Positions 50,950 through 61,536 of a stretch of DNA of 64,000 bases are shown in pieces. The DNA lies in NCBI GenBank assembly GCA_963831755.1, contig CAWHRC010000004.1, forward strand, positions 303,490 to 367,489. Direction: 5' to 3'. Origin of the DNA: an uncultured Acidobacteriota bacterium. GTDB taxonomy: Bacteria; Acidobacteriota; Vicinamibacteria; Fen-336. Position numbers and translations under genes: made by a program. Under the pieces are notes generated by a model that worked only from the letters and a program-made list of their open reading frames with translations, was not told the DNA's origin and did not search any database. Every line of letters starts with the position of its first letter. The first letter of the stretch is position 1.

Positions 50950-51720
50950 TCAGCCCCAGAGGCCCGTGACGCGCGCGATCCGGCCGTCGGGCGACAGCTC
51001 GAAGACGTTCGTGCCCTTGCCGCGCGCGGCGCCGTCCGGGCCCTTGACGACCCAGTCCACGAGCGCGACGCCCTGGCACTGGCGGGCCTCGCCCGCGCGC
51101 TCGAGCACCACGCCCGGCATGAAGCGCTGCGCCGCGGCGACGTGGGCGTCGAGGTCGTCGAGGCCGTCGGTGCAGGAGTACGGGTCGCGGAAGGCGAGCG
51201 CCGGGTCGGCGATCGCCTCGAGCTCCGCGCGCCGACTGGGCGGCGTCCGTCTCGCTCCACAGCGCGAAGAAGCGGTCCGCCAGCGCCGCGGCGCCGGCGT
51301 GCGCCTCCCGCGCGACGACGTTGGCGAACAGCGCGAGCTGGTAGCGCCAGCCCTGGACGTGCTCGTCGCGCGCCTCGGCCGATGGGCAGCTCGTGCCGGA
51401 GCCGGACGAGCGTCCCGCGAGCGCGTCTCCTCGAGCGTGATCGTGACCCGCGAGCCGCCGATCGGGATCGGCTGGCCGCTCGCGAAGCCGTAGGTGAAGA
51501 CGACCCGCTCGACCGGCTCGATCTCGAGCACCTCGCCCCCGGCCACGACGTCGTTCGGGAAGCGGATCCGTACGGCGCCGCCCGGGCGCGGGTCGATCGT
51601 CGAGCCCGCGCCCCACCAGGCCGCGAAGCGCTCGCGAGTCGGTGAAGTAGCGGAAGACCGTCTCCCGCCGCGCGGCGATCGTGACGGTGCGCTCGAGCAC
51701 GTAGTCCAGTCCGCTCATCG
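50950..51720 (-). pseudogene. SRPBCC (AHSA1/polyketide-cyclase-like) + NTF2/SnoaL-like domain protein, frameshifted
   Basis: MSGLDYVLERTVTIAARRETVFRYFTDS, GEVLEIEPVERVVFTYGF...GGSRVTITLE, HVQGWRYQLALFANVV. The C-terminal domain (...FMPGVVLERAGE...TNVFELSPDGRIARVTGLWG) alternates between two frames. Confidence 0.6.
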
Positions 51721-52113
51721 CTTCATCCCCCCCCGGCGGCGCGGCCGCCGCCGCCCGCCCGACCCGTCTTCCCCCCGCCTGCCGCGACCTGCTGGCGCCA
51801 CGACGCGCGCCTCCTCGGCCTCGGCCTGCGCCTTGAGCGGCGCCCAGCGCCTCGTCCCACATCGACTCGAGCCACGCCGCGCAGCGGCGCCAGGCCCTCC
51901 GGGCCGCGACGCGTAGAGCCGGCTGCGTCCCTCGCGCCGGACGCTGACGAGGCCCGCCTGCTCGAGGACACCCAGGTGCTGCGACACCGCGCCGAACGTC
52001 ACGTCGCCGCAGCGCGCGGTGGATCTCGCCCGCGCTGCGCTCGCGGCGGCGCAGATGGCGCAGGATCTCGCGCCGCCTCGGGGCGCGCCGAGGGCGTGCA
52101 GCAGCCGGTCCAC
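51715..52113 (-). pseudogene. ArsR/SmtB family transcriptional regulator, one frameshift
   Basis: GDVTFGAVSQHLGVLEQAGLVSVRREGRSRLYA is the recognition helix and wing. The N-terminal part is out of frame near 52020. Stop is adjacent to the SRPBCC start. Confidence 0.55.
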
Positions 52114-52198
52114 GGCATTATTTTAGTGCTCACTAAAATATTGTCAAGCGCGGCCGGGGCCGGAGGCCCGGCAGCGCCGCCGGGTATGATTGCGGCCC

Positions 52199-53106
52199 GT
52201 GACCCCGGGGCCTGCGGACGCACCCACCGACCTGCGCCGCGGGGCGCTGTTCATGGTCGCCTCGGCGCGTGCTGTTCGCGTCGATGGCGGCCTCGGTGCG
52301 GGTCGCCTCGCGCGAGCTGCCGAACGCGCCGCTCGTGTTCTTCCGGCACTTCATCATGCTGGTGTTCCTGCTGCCGTGGCTGTGGCGGCAGGGGCGCCAC
52401 GCGCTCGACACGGACGACTTCCCGGGGCACCTCGTGCGCGGGCTGGCCGGCGTCTCGGCGGTCGCCTGCTACTTCTACGCGATCGCGCGGCTGCGGCTGG
52501 CCGACGCGGTGCTGCTCAACCAGTCGATGCCGCTCTTCATCCCGCTCGTCGAGCGCGCCTGGCTCGGCGAGCGGATCCCGCGGCGGCTGTGGGGCGTGCT
52601 GGCGCTGGGCTTCGCCGGCCTGCTGCTGATCCTGCGCCCGGGCACGGGCGTCTTCGAGCCGGCGGCGCTCGTCGGGCGTCGCCTCGGCGGTGCTCGCCTC
52701 GATCTCCCAGGTCGGCATCCGCCGCCTCACGCGCACCGAGCCCGTGACGCGGATCGTCTTCTACTTCGGCCTGGTCGCCTCGGTCGTGGCGCTGCCGCCG
52801 GCGCTCTGGTGGTGGCGCACGCCGTCGGCCGACGACCTGGGCGGTGCTGCTGCTGATGGGCGTCTTCGCCACCGTCGGGCAGCTGACGCTGACGCGCGCC
52901 TACGTCTACGCGCTCGGCCGCCCGCGTCGGCCCGTTCCTCTACGCGGGCCCGGTCTTCGCGGGGCTGCTCGACTGGCTGATCTGGGGGCACCTGCCGGAC
53001 GCGCTGTTCGTGGTCGGCGCGGCGGTCGTGATCGCGGCCGCGACGCTCGCGCTGCGGCTGCGGGCGGAGCGACCGGCGCGCGCCGCCGCAACGACCCCGG
53101 CCTGAA
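52199..53106 (+). pseudogene. DMT/EamA family transporter, reading frame broken at least 3-4 times
   Basis: EamA-like segments are distributed over three + frames: LFASMAASVRVASRELP..., LASISQVGIRRLTRTEPVTRIVFYFG..., VLLLMGVFATVGQLTLTRAYVYA..., ARVGPFLYAGPVFAGLLDWLIWGHLPD.... Confidence 0.6.
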
Positions 53107-53274
53107 TCGCGGGCGACACCGCTGCCGGCTGAGCCGGCGCCGGCCGGCCGAGGGCGCGACGGCCTTCGCCCGTGGTGGGCCCTCCGACGTCTTGCGCGCC
53201 ACGGCCGCGGCGGTGCGCGCAGATCCGAAATGCCTGTGGGCTGTGGGTCGTGACCCCAATAGAATGCCGACGCC

Positions 53275-55791
53275 ATGCAGAGGAGAGGCCACAAGGTGAT
53301 CGGCGGGAAGGGCCGCCTGGGAAGGCGCGAGATGCTGAGGGTCTCGGCGGCCGCGCTGGGGGCGGCGGCGATTCCCTCGGGCGTCTCCCTGGCCAGGGGC
53401 GAAGGTTCGTCCGAACCTCGGCCGGGAACCGCGCCGACGTCGCGAGGACCGGGAGCGGGCCCCTCGTTTCCGGCGCTCTTCGAGAAGACGGAGTGGGATC
53501 GTCGCGGTTCCTGGAGCGCGTCGTGGGTGGGATGCGCCGAGGAGCCGCCGCCGCCGCTGGTCGCGGCCTTCCGCCTGCGCTTCGACTGGCCGTCGCCCGC
53601 GACCGTACGGCTCCGCGTCAGCGCCGACGAGCGGTACGAGCTCTTCCTCGACGGCCGGCGCATCGGCCGCGGCAGCGAGCGCGGGAGCCTCGAGCACTGG
53701 TTCTACGACAGCCTCGAGGTCGTCCTCGCCGCGGGGGCCCACGTGCTCGTCGCCCGCGTCTTCTCGCTCGGCCCGCTCGCGCCGCTCGCGCAGTTCCACG
53801 TGCGTCCGGCGTTCCTGCTGGCGGCGGAGGGAGAAGGGGCGAAGCGCCTCGACACGGGCGTGGCGCCGTGGGAGGCACGACTCCTGCCGGGCTACGCCTT
53901 CGAGCCGCCGCTCTACGTCTGGGGCCTCAGGGCACCGGTCACGGTGGACGGCGCCACGTTCGGGTGGGGCTTCGAGCGCGGCGAGGGTGACGGCTGGCGT
54001 CCGGTCGTCGCCCACGAGCGGGCCTCGAGCGCGCTCGCCGCCTACGGCATCGCGCCGTCGCGCTACCTGCAGGCGGGCACGCTCCCGTCCATGATCGACC
54101 GGCCGTGGACGCGCGCCCGCGTGCGCCACGTGGCGAACGCGCCGTCGCTCGACACGCTGCCGATACCCGTGCGGGCCGCCGACCACCTCGAGCACGAGGC
54201 GGAGCCCTGGCAGGAGCTGCTCCTCGGCCGCGCGCCGCTCCGCCTGCCGGCGAACACGCTCCGCCGCGTGATCGTCGACCTCGAGGACTACGTCTGCGCG
54301 TATCCCGAGCTGGTCACGTCGGGAGGGAAAGGGAGCCTCGTGCGCCTGCAGTTCGCCGAGGCGCTGCGCGAGGAGCCCGACAAGTGGAAGTTCGCGAAGG
54401 GCGACCGCGACGCGATCGAGGGCCGCTACTTCCTGGGGATGGGCGACAGCTTCCGTCCCGACGGCGGAGCGGAGCGCCGCTTCGACACGCTGTGGTTCAG
54501 CAGCGGCCGGTATCTCGAGATCGTCGTCCGGACCGCCGCCGAGCCGCTGAGGCTCGAGCGCTCGAGCCTCCGCGAGACGCGCTACCCGCTCGAGCTCGAG
54601 AGCCGCTTCGACGCCGCCGACCCGGAGCTCGTGGCACTCCAGCCGCTGCTCGTGCGCGGCATGCAGATGTGCGCGCACGAGACCTACTTCGACTGCCCCT
54701 ACTTCGAGCAGATGCAGTACGTCGCCGACGCCCGCGTCGAGGCGCTGGTCCAGTACGTGATGACGCGCGACGACCGCCTGCCCCGCAAGGCGCTCTACCT
54801 GATCGACGCCTCGCGTCACGCGTCCGGCCTGACCGAGTCGCGCTACCCGGTGCGCGAGCCGCAGTTCATCCCCTGGTTCTCGCTGGTCTGGATCGGCGCC
54901 GTCCACGACTACGCGCGCTGGCGCGACGACGCCGGCTTCGTGCGCGCCCTCCTGCCCGGCGTGCGCGGGGTGCTCGAGGCGTTCCTGGCCCGCCGCAGCG
55001 GCGACGGGCTGGTGCGGACGCCGGAGGGCTGGAACGACAGCGAGGGCACGAGGGAGCGGCCGATCAGCGGGCTCACGCACTGGCTGCTCGTCTGGACGCT
55101 GCGCCTCGCGGCGGAGCTGGAGGACGGCTTCGGCGAGCCCGAGCCGGCCGGCCGCTGGCGCCGGATCGCGGCCGAGCTCGCCCGCGCCAGCGACGAGGCG
55201 TTCTGGAACGAGACGACCGGCCTGTACGCCGACGTCCCCGGCGGGACCGAGTGCAGCGAGCTCGTGCAGTGCCTCGCGTTGCTGGGCGGAGGTCTGGCGC
55301 CCGCACGCGGGGAGCGCGTGGCCGAGACGCTGCTGCGCGGCGGGGCGGGGGACCCGGTCTCCGTCCACACCACTCACTACCTCTTCGAGGCTTGTCGGCT
55401 CCTCGGCCGGCCCCAGGTCATCTTCGAGCGGCTCGGCTCCTGGAAGGCGCTCCGACGACTGGGCCTCAAGACGCCCGTCGAGAGCGCCGAGCCCACGCGC
55501 TCGGACTGCCACGCGTGGGGCTCCCACCCGCTCTTCCACTTCTTCGCCACCCTGCTCGGCATCCGGCCCGCGGGCTGGGGCTTTCGCGAGGTCGAGATCG
55601 CACCCCAGCTCGGCCCGCTCGCGCACGCGTCGGGCCGCCTCGTCCATCCCTCGGGCGGCGAGATCGTGGTCGAGCTCGAGCAGGCAGCCGGCGCGCTGCA
55701 CGGTCGTGTCGTGCTGCCGCCCACGGTCACGGGCACTCTGCGCCTGGCCGCGGGCGCCCGGCCCCTGGCCTCGGGCGAGACGCTCTTCTGA
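53275..55791 (+). CDS. Tat-exported six-hairpin glycoside hydrolase (GH78 alpha-L-rhamnosidase-like)
   Basis: 838 aa uninterrupted. Twin-arginine region GRLGRREMLRVSAAALGAAAI. A DCPYFEQMQYVADARV block resembles the GH78 DCPxRxERxGWxGD region. Family assignment is tentative. Confidence 0.5.
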   Translation: MQRRGHKVIGGKGRLGRREMLRVSAAALGAAAIPSGVSLARGEGSSEPRPGTAPTSRGPGAGPSFPALFEKTEWDRRGSWSASWVGCAEEPPPPLVAAFRLRFDWPSPATVRLRVSADERYELFLDGRRIGRGSERGSLEHWFYDSLEVVLAAGAHVLVARVFSLGPLAPLAQFHVRPAFLLAAEGEGAKRLDTGVAPWEARLLPGYAFEPPLYVWGLRAPVTVDGATFGWGFERGEGDGWRPVVAHERASSALAAYGIAPSRYLQAGTLPSMIDRPWTRARVRHVANAPSLDTLPIPVRAADHLEHEAEPWQELLLGRAPLRLPANTLRRVIVDLEDYVCAYPELVTSGGKGSLVRLQFAEALREEPDKWKFAKGDRDAIEGRYFLGMGDSFRPDGGAERRFDTLWFSSGRYLEIVVRTAAEPLRLERSSLRETRYPLELESRFDAADPELVALQPLLVRGMQMCAHETYFDCPYFEQMQYVADARVEALVQYVMTRDDRLPRKALYLIDASRHASGLTESRYPVREPQFIPWFSLVWIGAVHDYARWRDDAGFVRALLPGVRGVLEAFLARRSGDGLVRTPEGWNDSEGTRERPISGLTHWLLVWTLRLAAELEDGFGEPEPAGRWRRIAAELARASDEAFWNETTGLYADVPGGTECSELVQCLALLGGGLAPARGERVAETLLRGGAGDPVSVHTTHYLFEACRLLGRPQVIFERLGSWKALRRLGLKTPVESAEPTRSDCHAWGSHPLFHFFATLLGIRPAGWGFREVEIAPQLGPLAHASGRLVHPSGGEIVVELEQAAGALHGRVVLPPTVTGTLRLAAGARPLASGETLF

Positions 55792-55830
55792 CGGGCGCTG
55801 GGCCGCCGAGCGCCGCCGAGTCTCAGTCCG

Positions 55831-56121
55831 CTATCTCCCGCCTCCGTTCGCAGCGCCGCGGTCGAAGATCTCCCGCGTGCTCACGAGGCTGTCGATCAAG
55901 GTCAGGGCGCGGCAGACGTCCCAGAACTGGTCGACCGACAGCCGGTATCCCACGACCTGATCGAGGAGGATCGTCACGCGCGGGTCTCCCATCGGGAGCC
56001 AACCGTGCGGCGGCACGTTCACGTCGAGCGGTGTGGCGCAGCGGAACTCGACCCCGGCGGCGACGACACGCCTGACGGCCTCAGGTGTGCTGGTGGACTC
56101 GAGGGGCTCGGTCATGCGCAT
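55831..56121 (-). CDS. Hypothetical small protein (96 aa)
   Basis: ATG preceded by an AGGAGA RBS at correct spacing. Sits in a 409-bp convergent gap. No recognisable domain. Confidence 0.4.
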   Translation of the reverse strand: MRMTEPLESTSTPEAVRRVVAAGVEFRCATPLDVNVPPHGWLPMGDPRVTILLDQVVGYRLSVDQFWDVCRALTLIDSLVSTREIFDRGAANGGGR

Positions 56122-56200
56122 TCTCCTGCGTCGGTCTGCGCCCCGCCAGCAGCGCCTGACGGGCGGCGACGGCGTTCGCGAACTGCCCGGAGTCGCGTCC

Positions 56201-57490
56201 CTAGAACCGGTAGCCGACCGAGGCGCCGATCGAGAAGCCGCGCGTCTGGTAGAGCCCGTCGTAGCCGTACTGGCTCAGCCCGCCCGTGCTGCGGTCGCGG
56301 TAGAGCAGCAGCCGGCCGACGACGTCCAGCCTCAGGTTCTCGTACTTGTACGACCCGCCGAGCGTGAAGCCGTGGCGGTCCTCGTCCTGCAGGAACGGCG
56401 ACAGCGTCGCCGTGGGCTGCGGGCTGTGGTCGTAGCTGTACCCGCCGCGCAGCTCCCAGCGCTCGCCGATCAGGCGCTCGACACCGAGCGCCCCGCGCCA
56501 GGTGCTCTGGTAGTCCTGCGGCAGCGTCGAGTCGTAGGCCGGCGTGCTGGGAAAGCCCAGTGCGACGGCGTCGAAGCTCGACCAGAAGGTCCACACCAGG
56601 TCGGCCTCGAAGGTCCAGTAGCGGCGCTTGAGCGCGACGCCGCCGGACAGGCTGGCCGGGTAGCTGAAGCGGACCGTCGCCAGCTGGTCCTTGGGCAGCG
56701 CCGACGCGACGGCTTCGTCGACCGCGCTGTCGCCGGTCGTGATCTGGAGGAAGCGCGCCTGCGCGTCGTGGTCGATCGTCACCTTGCTGCGGTAGGCGAG
56801 CCCGACCGAGAGGCTCTCCGAGGGGCTGGCGAGCAGCCCCACGTTCCAGCCGACGCCCGTGGACGTGCTGCCCTCGAGCGTCATCTGCGCGACGTCCGTC
56901 GGCACCGGGAACGGGTTCGGCGTCGCTGTCATGCGCTTCTGCTGCTTGAACGTCGACAGGCGCACGTCGACGCCGAACCCGACCGAGAGCCGGTCGGCGA
57001 GGCGGAACGCGAGCGTCGGGTTGACCGACCAGGAGCGGATGCTGCAGTCGAAGCAGACGAAGCGGCCGCTGAACAGGCTGGGGTTCGTCCACTCGCTGCG
57101 GAAGCCGAACGGCTCGTAGACGCCGACACCGAGCACGGTGTGGCCGGCGATCGACCGCGAGTAGTAGACCGCGGGCAGCAGGCCGAGGCCGCGGCTCGAG
57201 GTCTCGACCGTGCCGACGGGCGGGGCGGGGCCCTCGCCCGTGAAGTCGGTCGTCAGACCCCCGAGCTGGCCGCCCACGTAGAGGTGCTGGCCCTTCAGGA
57301 AGGCGAGGCCGGCCGCGTTGTAGTAGATCGCCGACGCGTCGGTCGCCTGGGCCACGTACGCTCCGGAGAAGCCGGCCGCCCGGGCGCCCTGGCTCTCGAG
57401 GGCGAAGCCCGAGGCGCGACCGGGGGCTGGGATGGCGATCAGCGGCAGCGCGAAGAGCGCCCGCAGCATGCGGCCGGGAGACAGCAGCAT
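56201..57490 (-). CDS. fadL: OmpP1/FadL/TodX family outer-membrane hydrophobic-compound transporter
   Basis: Signal peptide, ALESQGARAAGFSGAYVAQATDASAIYYNAAGLA N-terminal motif, and a terminal ...GASVGYRF barrel end. Confidence 0.85.
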   Translation of the reverse strand: MLLSPGRMLRALFALPLIAIPAPGRASGFALESQGARAAGFSGAYVAQATDASAIYYNAAGLAFLKGQHLYVGGQLGGLTTDFTGEGPAPPVGTVETSSRGLGLLPAVYYSRSIAGHTVLGVGVYEPFGFRSEWTNPSLFSGRFVCFDCSIRSWSVNPTLAFRLADRLSVGFGVDVRLSTFKQQKRMTATPNPFPVPTDVAQMTLEGSTSTGVGWNVGLLASPSESLSVGLAYRSKVTIDHDAQARFLQITTGDSAVDEAVASALPKDQLATVRFSYPASLSGGVALKRRYWTFEADLVWTFWSSFDAVALGFPSTPAYDSTLPQDYQSTWRGALGVERLIGERWELRGGYSYDHSPQPTATLSPFLQDEDRHGFTLGGSYKYENLRLDVVGRLLLYRDRSTGGLSQYGYDGLYQTRGFSIGASVGYRF

Positions 57491-57514
57491 CAGGTGGGAC
57501 CTCCTTGATTAGTT

Positions 57515-57537
57515 GTGTGTCCGGCCGGCGGACACAC
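57515..57537. promoter_or_regulatory. Perfect 9-5-9 palindrome GTGTGTCCG-gccgg-CGGACACAC, 25 nt upstream of the fadL start codon
   Basis: Seen directly in the sequence, between the GGAGG RBS of fadL and the upstream dinG-like stop. Candidate operator for a dimeric repressor. Could also serve as the upstream gene's terminator. Confidence 0.4.
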
Positions 57538-57628
57538 ACCCAGTGTACCAAACCACCGGATATTGGATATGTGGCGAGGATCACCCCAATACGTTGCAGC
57601 GCCCGGCGACCCTGTGGGGCTGCGCGGC

Positions 57629-59535
57629 TCAGCCCCCGGCCATGAACCGGGCGACGTCCTCGGGGTCGTGGACGAGGCGGGCGGGCGGCAGGCTGTCGAG
57701 GAAGCGGCGGCCGTATCCCCTGCGCAGCAGCCGGCTGTCGAGGACGGCCAGGATGCCGCGGTCCTTGGACGTGCGGATCAGCCGGCCGAGCCCCTGCTTC
57801 AGCATCAGCACCGCCACCGGCACCTGGTACTCGCCGAACGGGTTCCCTCCTCGGTGGCGCAGCCGCTCGATGCGCGCGGAGACGACCGGGTCGCCCGGGG
57901 AGGCGAAGGGCAGCTTGTCGACGATCACGCAGGAGAGCTGCTCGCCGGCCACGTCGACGCCCTGCCAGAACGACGCCGTCGCCAGCAGCACGGCGTGGCG
58001 TGTCTGGCGGAAGGTCTCGAGCAGCTGCTGCTTGGGCGCCTCGCCCTGCATCAGCAGCGGGAACTCGACGCGGCCCGCCACGCGCTCGGCCACCGCGTTC
58101 ATGTTCGCGTACGAGGTGAACAGCACGAACGCGCGGCCGTGCGACAGCTCGAGCAGGCGCACGATCTCGTCCGCCGCGCGGTCGACGAACGCCGCGTCCA
58201 TCGGCTCGGGCATGCCCGCCGGCACGTAGAGCACCGCCTGCTCCTCGAAGCGGAAGGGCGACGCCAGCATCAGCTCCTCGCTCGGCTCGATGCCCAGGCG
58301 GTCCTTGACGTAGCTGAAGCCGCCGTCGACGGCGAGCGTCGCCGAGGTGAGCACCGCGGCGCGCACCTGGTCGAACAGCAGCTCCTTGAGCCGGCCCGAC
58401 ACGTCGATCGGCATCGCGCGCAGGTAGACCCCGCGCCCGCGCGTCTCGCTGAAGTAGACGTGGTCGTCCGTCTCGGCCCGCATCAGGAACGCGAGCTCGT
58501 TGCCCAGGGCGCCGGCGCGGGCGGCGAGCGCGCCGAGCGGCTCGGGCCGGTCGGGCACGGCGAGCAGGCGGTGCGCAGCCCCTCCAGCCGCTGCAGCAGG
58601 CCGGTCGCCTCCTCGAGCAGCGGCTCGTCGATCCAGCCCGGCCCCAGGCGGCCCGTGCGCCCGCGCGCGAGGCGGCCGAAGAAGCGGTCGGCGCGCAGCC
58701 GCAGCCCGTCGGCCTCCGCGCGCACCTCGCGGCCGTCGAGCTGGCACGCCTTGAGCTCGCGCTCGACGTCGTGGCACAGGTCCTCGACGCGGTGCGAGGA
58801 GACCACGACGCCGAAGTACTGTGTCGCCACGTCCTCGATCAGGTGCGCCTCGTCCAGGATCACGGTGTCGTACTCGGGGATCACCTGGCCGTAGCTGCCG
58901 TCCTTGACCGCCAGGTCGGCGCACAGCAAATGGTGGTTCACGACCACGATGTCGGCCTCGAGCGCGCGCTGGCGCATCCGGGTCACGAAGCACGACTCGA
59001 AGAGCGAGCACGACTGCCCGATGCAGTTCTCGGAGGCGGCCGAGACCTCGTGCCAGAACTCCACCGTGTCGGGCAGGTCCTCGATCTCGGCACGGTCGCC
59101 GGTGGGCGTGCGGGGGGCCCAGTCCTCGACCGCGCGGAACAGCGGCAGCTCCTCGAGCCTGCGGAAGCTGCCGGCCTTCGAGAAGGACGACAGCCGCAGC
59201 AGGCACAGGTAGTTCGCGCGGCCCTTCATCACGGCGACGTTCAGCTCGCGGCCCAGGGCCTGCGCCAGGATCGGGATGTCCTTCGCGACCAGCTGCTCCT
59301 GCAGGTTCTTGGTGCCGGTCGAGATCACCACCCTGCGCCCCAGCTCGACCGCCGGCAGCAGGTAGGCGAGCGTCTTGCCGGTGCCGGTGCCGGCCTCGGC
59401 CAGCAGCAGGCCGCCGGCGTCGAGCACGTCGGCCACCGCCTCGGACAGCTTGCGCTGCGCCGGCCGCTCCTCGTAGCCGGGCAGCACGCGCGCGAGCGGG
59501 CCGCGTCTCGAGAAGAACGTCGCAGCCGTCGTCAC
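57629..59535 (-). pseudogene. dinG: DinG/Rad3-family ATP-dependent DNA helicase, one frameshift near 58570 (or indel)
   Basis: AEAGTGTGKTLAYLLPA Walker A and VILDEAHLIED DEAH box, in the 59535 frame. The C-terminal helicase domain (ATSATLAVDGGFSYV...VIVDKLPFASPGDPV) is in the overlapping frame that ends at 57629. Confidence 0.75.
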
Positions 59536-59738
59536 CGGGCCATCTTAGCAAGCCGCGTGGGACGGCCCGGGTCCGCGCCCTCGTCGCGTTTGCAGGAGCC
59601 GGGCACGTGCAGCAGGGACCCCGCACGGATCGAACGATCGAGGCGACGTGGTGCATCCGGCTCAGGCCGCCGCGCGCAGGTGCAGCTTCTGACACAACTG
59701 TGACGAAGCGGCCGAGGTGCGGGTGCTACAAGCGTGTA

Positions 59739-61508
59739 ATGGACTTCGCGAGCTTCCCCCGCCACCCGAAGGGCTCGCGCGCCCGCGTGCTGCTCAGCAG
59801 CGTCTTCGGCCCCTACGCGCAGGACGACGAGTACGGCAGCCGGGCCATCAACCCGATGGAGCTGTACCACAACCAGGTGACGCGCGTGCAGGGCGCCGTT
59901 CTCGCTGCGCATGTTCCACCGCTCCTGGGGCCTGATGCTGATCCAGGCGAACATCGAGGCGCCCTGCGACGCTGCTCGACTTCCCCACGCTCGAGCGCTT
60001 CGATCGAGGAGCTCCGCACGGTGCCGCTACGACATGATCGGCATCAGCGCGATCCTGCCGAACGTCGGCAAGGTGAAGCAGATGTGCGAGCTGATCCGCC
60101 AGCACCAGCCGCAGGCCACGATCGTCGTCGGCGGGCACATCGCCAACCGTGCCCGGCCTGGCCGAGCTGATCGACGCCGACCACATCGTCCGCGGCGAGG
60201 GCGTCGCCTGGTTCCGCGCGCTTCCTCGGCGAGCCGGCCGACGCGCCGATCCGCCACCCGCTGATCCTGTCGGCCTTCGACGCCCGCACGATGGGCGTGC
60301 CGTTCGGACGCGGCACGCGGCGACGACGGCCGCGACGCGTGATCCCCTCGGTCGGCTGCCCGCTGGGCTGCAACTTCTGCTCGACCTCGGCGATGTTCGG
60401 CGGCAAGGGCCAGCTTCGTCAACTTCTACGAGGACGGCGACGAGCTGTTCGAGGTCATGCGCGGGATCGAGCGCGAGCTGAGCGTGCGCTCGTTCTTCGT
60501 GATGGACGAGAACTTCCTGCTGCACCGGAAGCGCGCGCTGCGCCTGCTGGAGCTGATGCAGGAGCACGACAAGGCCTGGGCGCTCTACGTCTTCAGCTCG
60601 GCCAACGCGCTGCGGCTCTACAGCGACGAGCAGCTGGTGCGGCCTGGGCATCTCCTGGGTCTGGCTCGGGCTCGAGGGCGAGGACAGCGCAGTACAAGAA
60701 GCTCGACGGCACCGACACCCGGGCGCTGGTCATGCGCCTGCAGGCGCACGGCATCCGCGTGCTCGGCTCGAGCGATCATCGGCCTGCTCGAGCACGACGC
60801 CCGACAACATCGACCGGGCGATCGACTACGCCGTCGCGCTACGACACCGAGTTCCACCAGTTCATGCTCTACACGCCCGTGCCCGGGACGCCGCTGTACG
60901 CCGAGCACCAGGCGAAGGGCACGCTGCTGTCGAGCGACGAGATGCCGGACGCCGACGTGCACGGCCAGCTCCGCTTCAACTTCCGCCACCCGCGGATCCA
61001 GCACGGCGAGGAGACCGAGTACCTGCTGCGCGCCTTCCGCCGCGACTTCGAGCGTGAACGGGCCCGAGCGTCGACGCGCATCGCGCGCACGCTGCTGCGC
61101 GGCTGGCTGACGCTGCGCCGCCACCCCGACCGCGCGCGTGCGCGAGCGCGTGGCGCTTCGAGACGAAGGACCTGTGGTCGCACTACGCGGCGCGCTCTGG
61201 GCCTCCGAGCGCTGGTTCGCCGGCCGGCCCGCGCTCGTGGCGCGGCTGCGCGCGATGCGCCGCGGGATCGAGCGCGCGTTCGGCTGGAAGGCGCGGATCG
61301 CGGCCCGCATCGTCGGGCCGGTCGTCTGCTCGCGCTCTGGCTCGAGGACCGCCGCCTGCGCAGGGGCGTGACCTACGAGCCGCGGAGCTTCTACGACGTC
61401 AACCCCGCGGCGGCGGCGCGGCCGGAGCTGGTCGCGCGCGGCGCCGCGGCCTGCCGCTGGGTCGAGCCGTCTGCGGTCGAGGCTGCCCCCGCCGAAGCCG
61501 TCGCCTGA
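59739..61508 (+). pseudogene. B12-binding-domain radical SAM protein (HpnJ-like), highly fragmented (at least 5 frame changes)
   Basis: B12-binding region (YDMIGISAILPNV...IVVGGHIAN) and a radical SAM CxxxCxxC (PSVGCPLGCNFCSTS). Further conserved blocks are scattered over all three + frames up to the stop at 61508. Confidence 0.6.
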
Positions 61509-61536
61509 GCCGTCCGCTTCCGCTCGAGCGGCCGGC

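Noticed and set aside
52906-55701. 931-aa minus-strand ORF
   Set aside because: Antisense to the intact 838-aa GH78-like gene. R/A/G-rich and without motifs.
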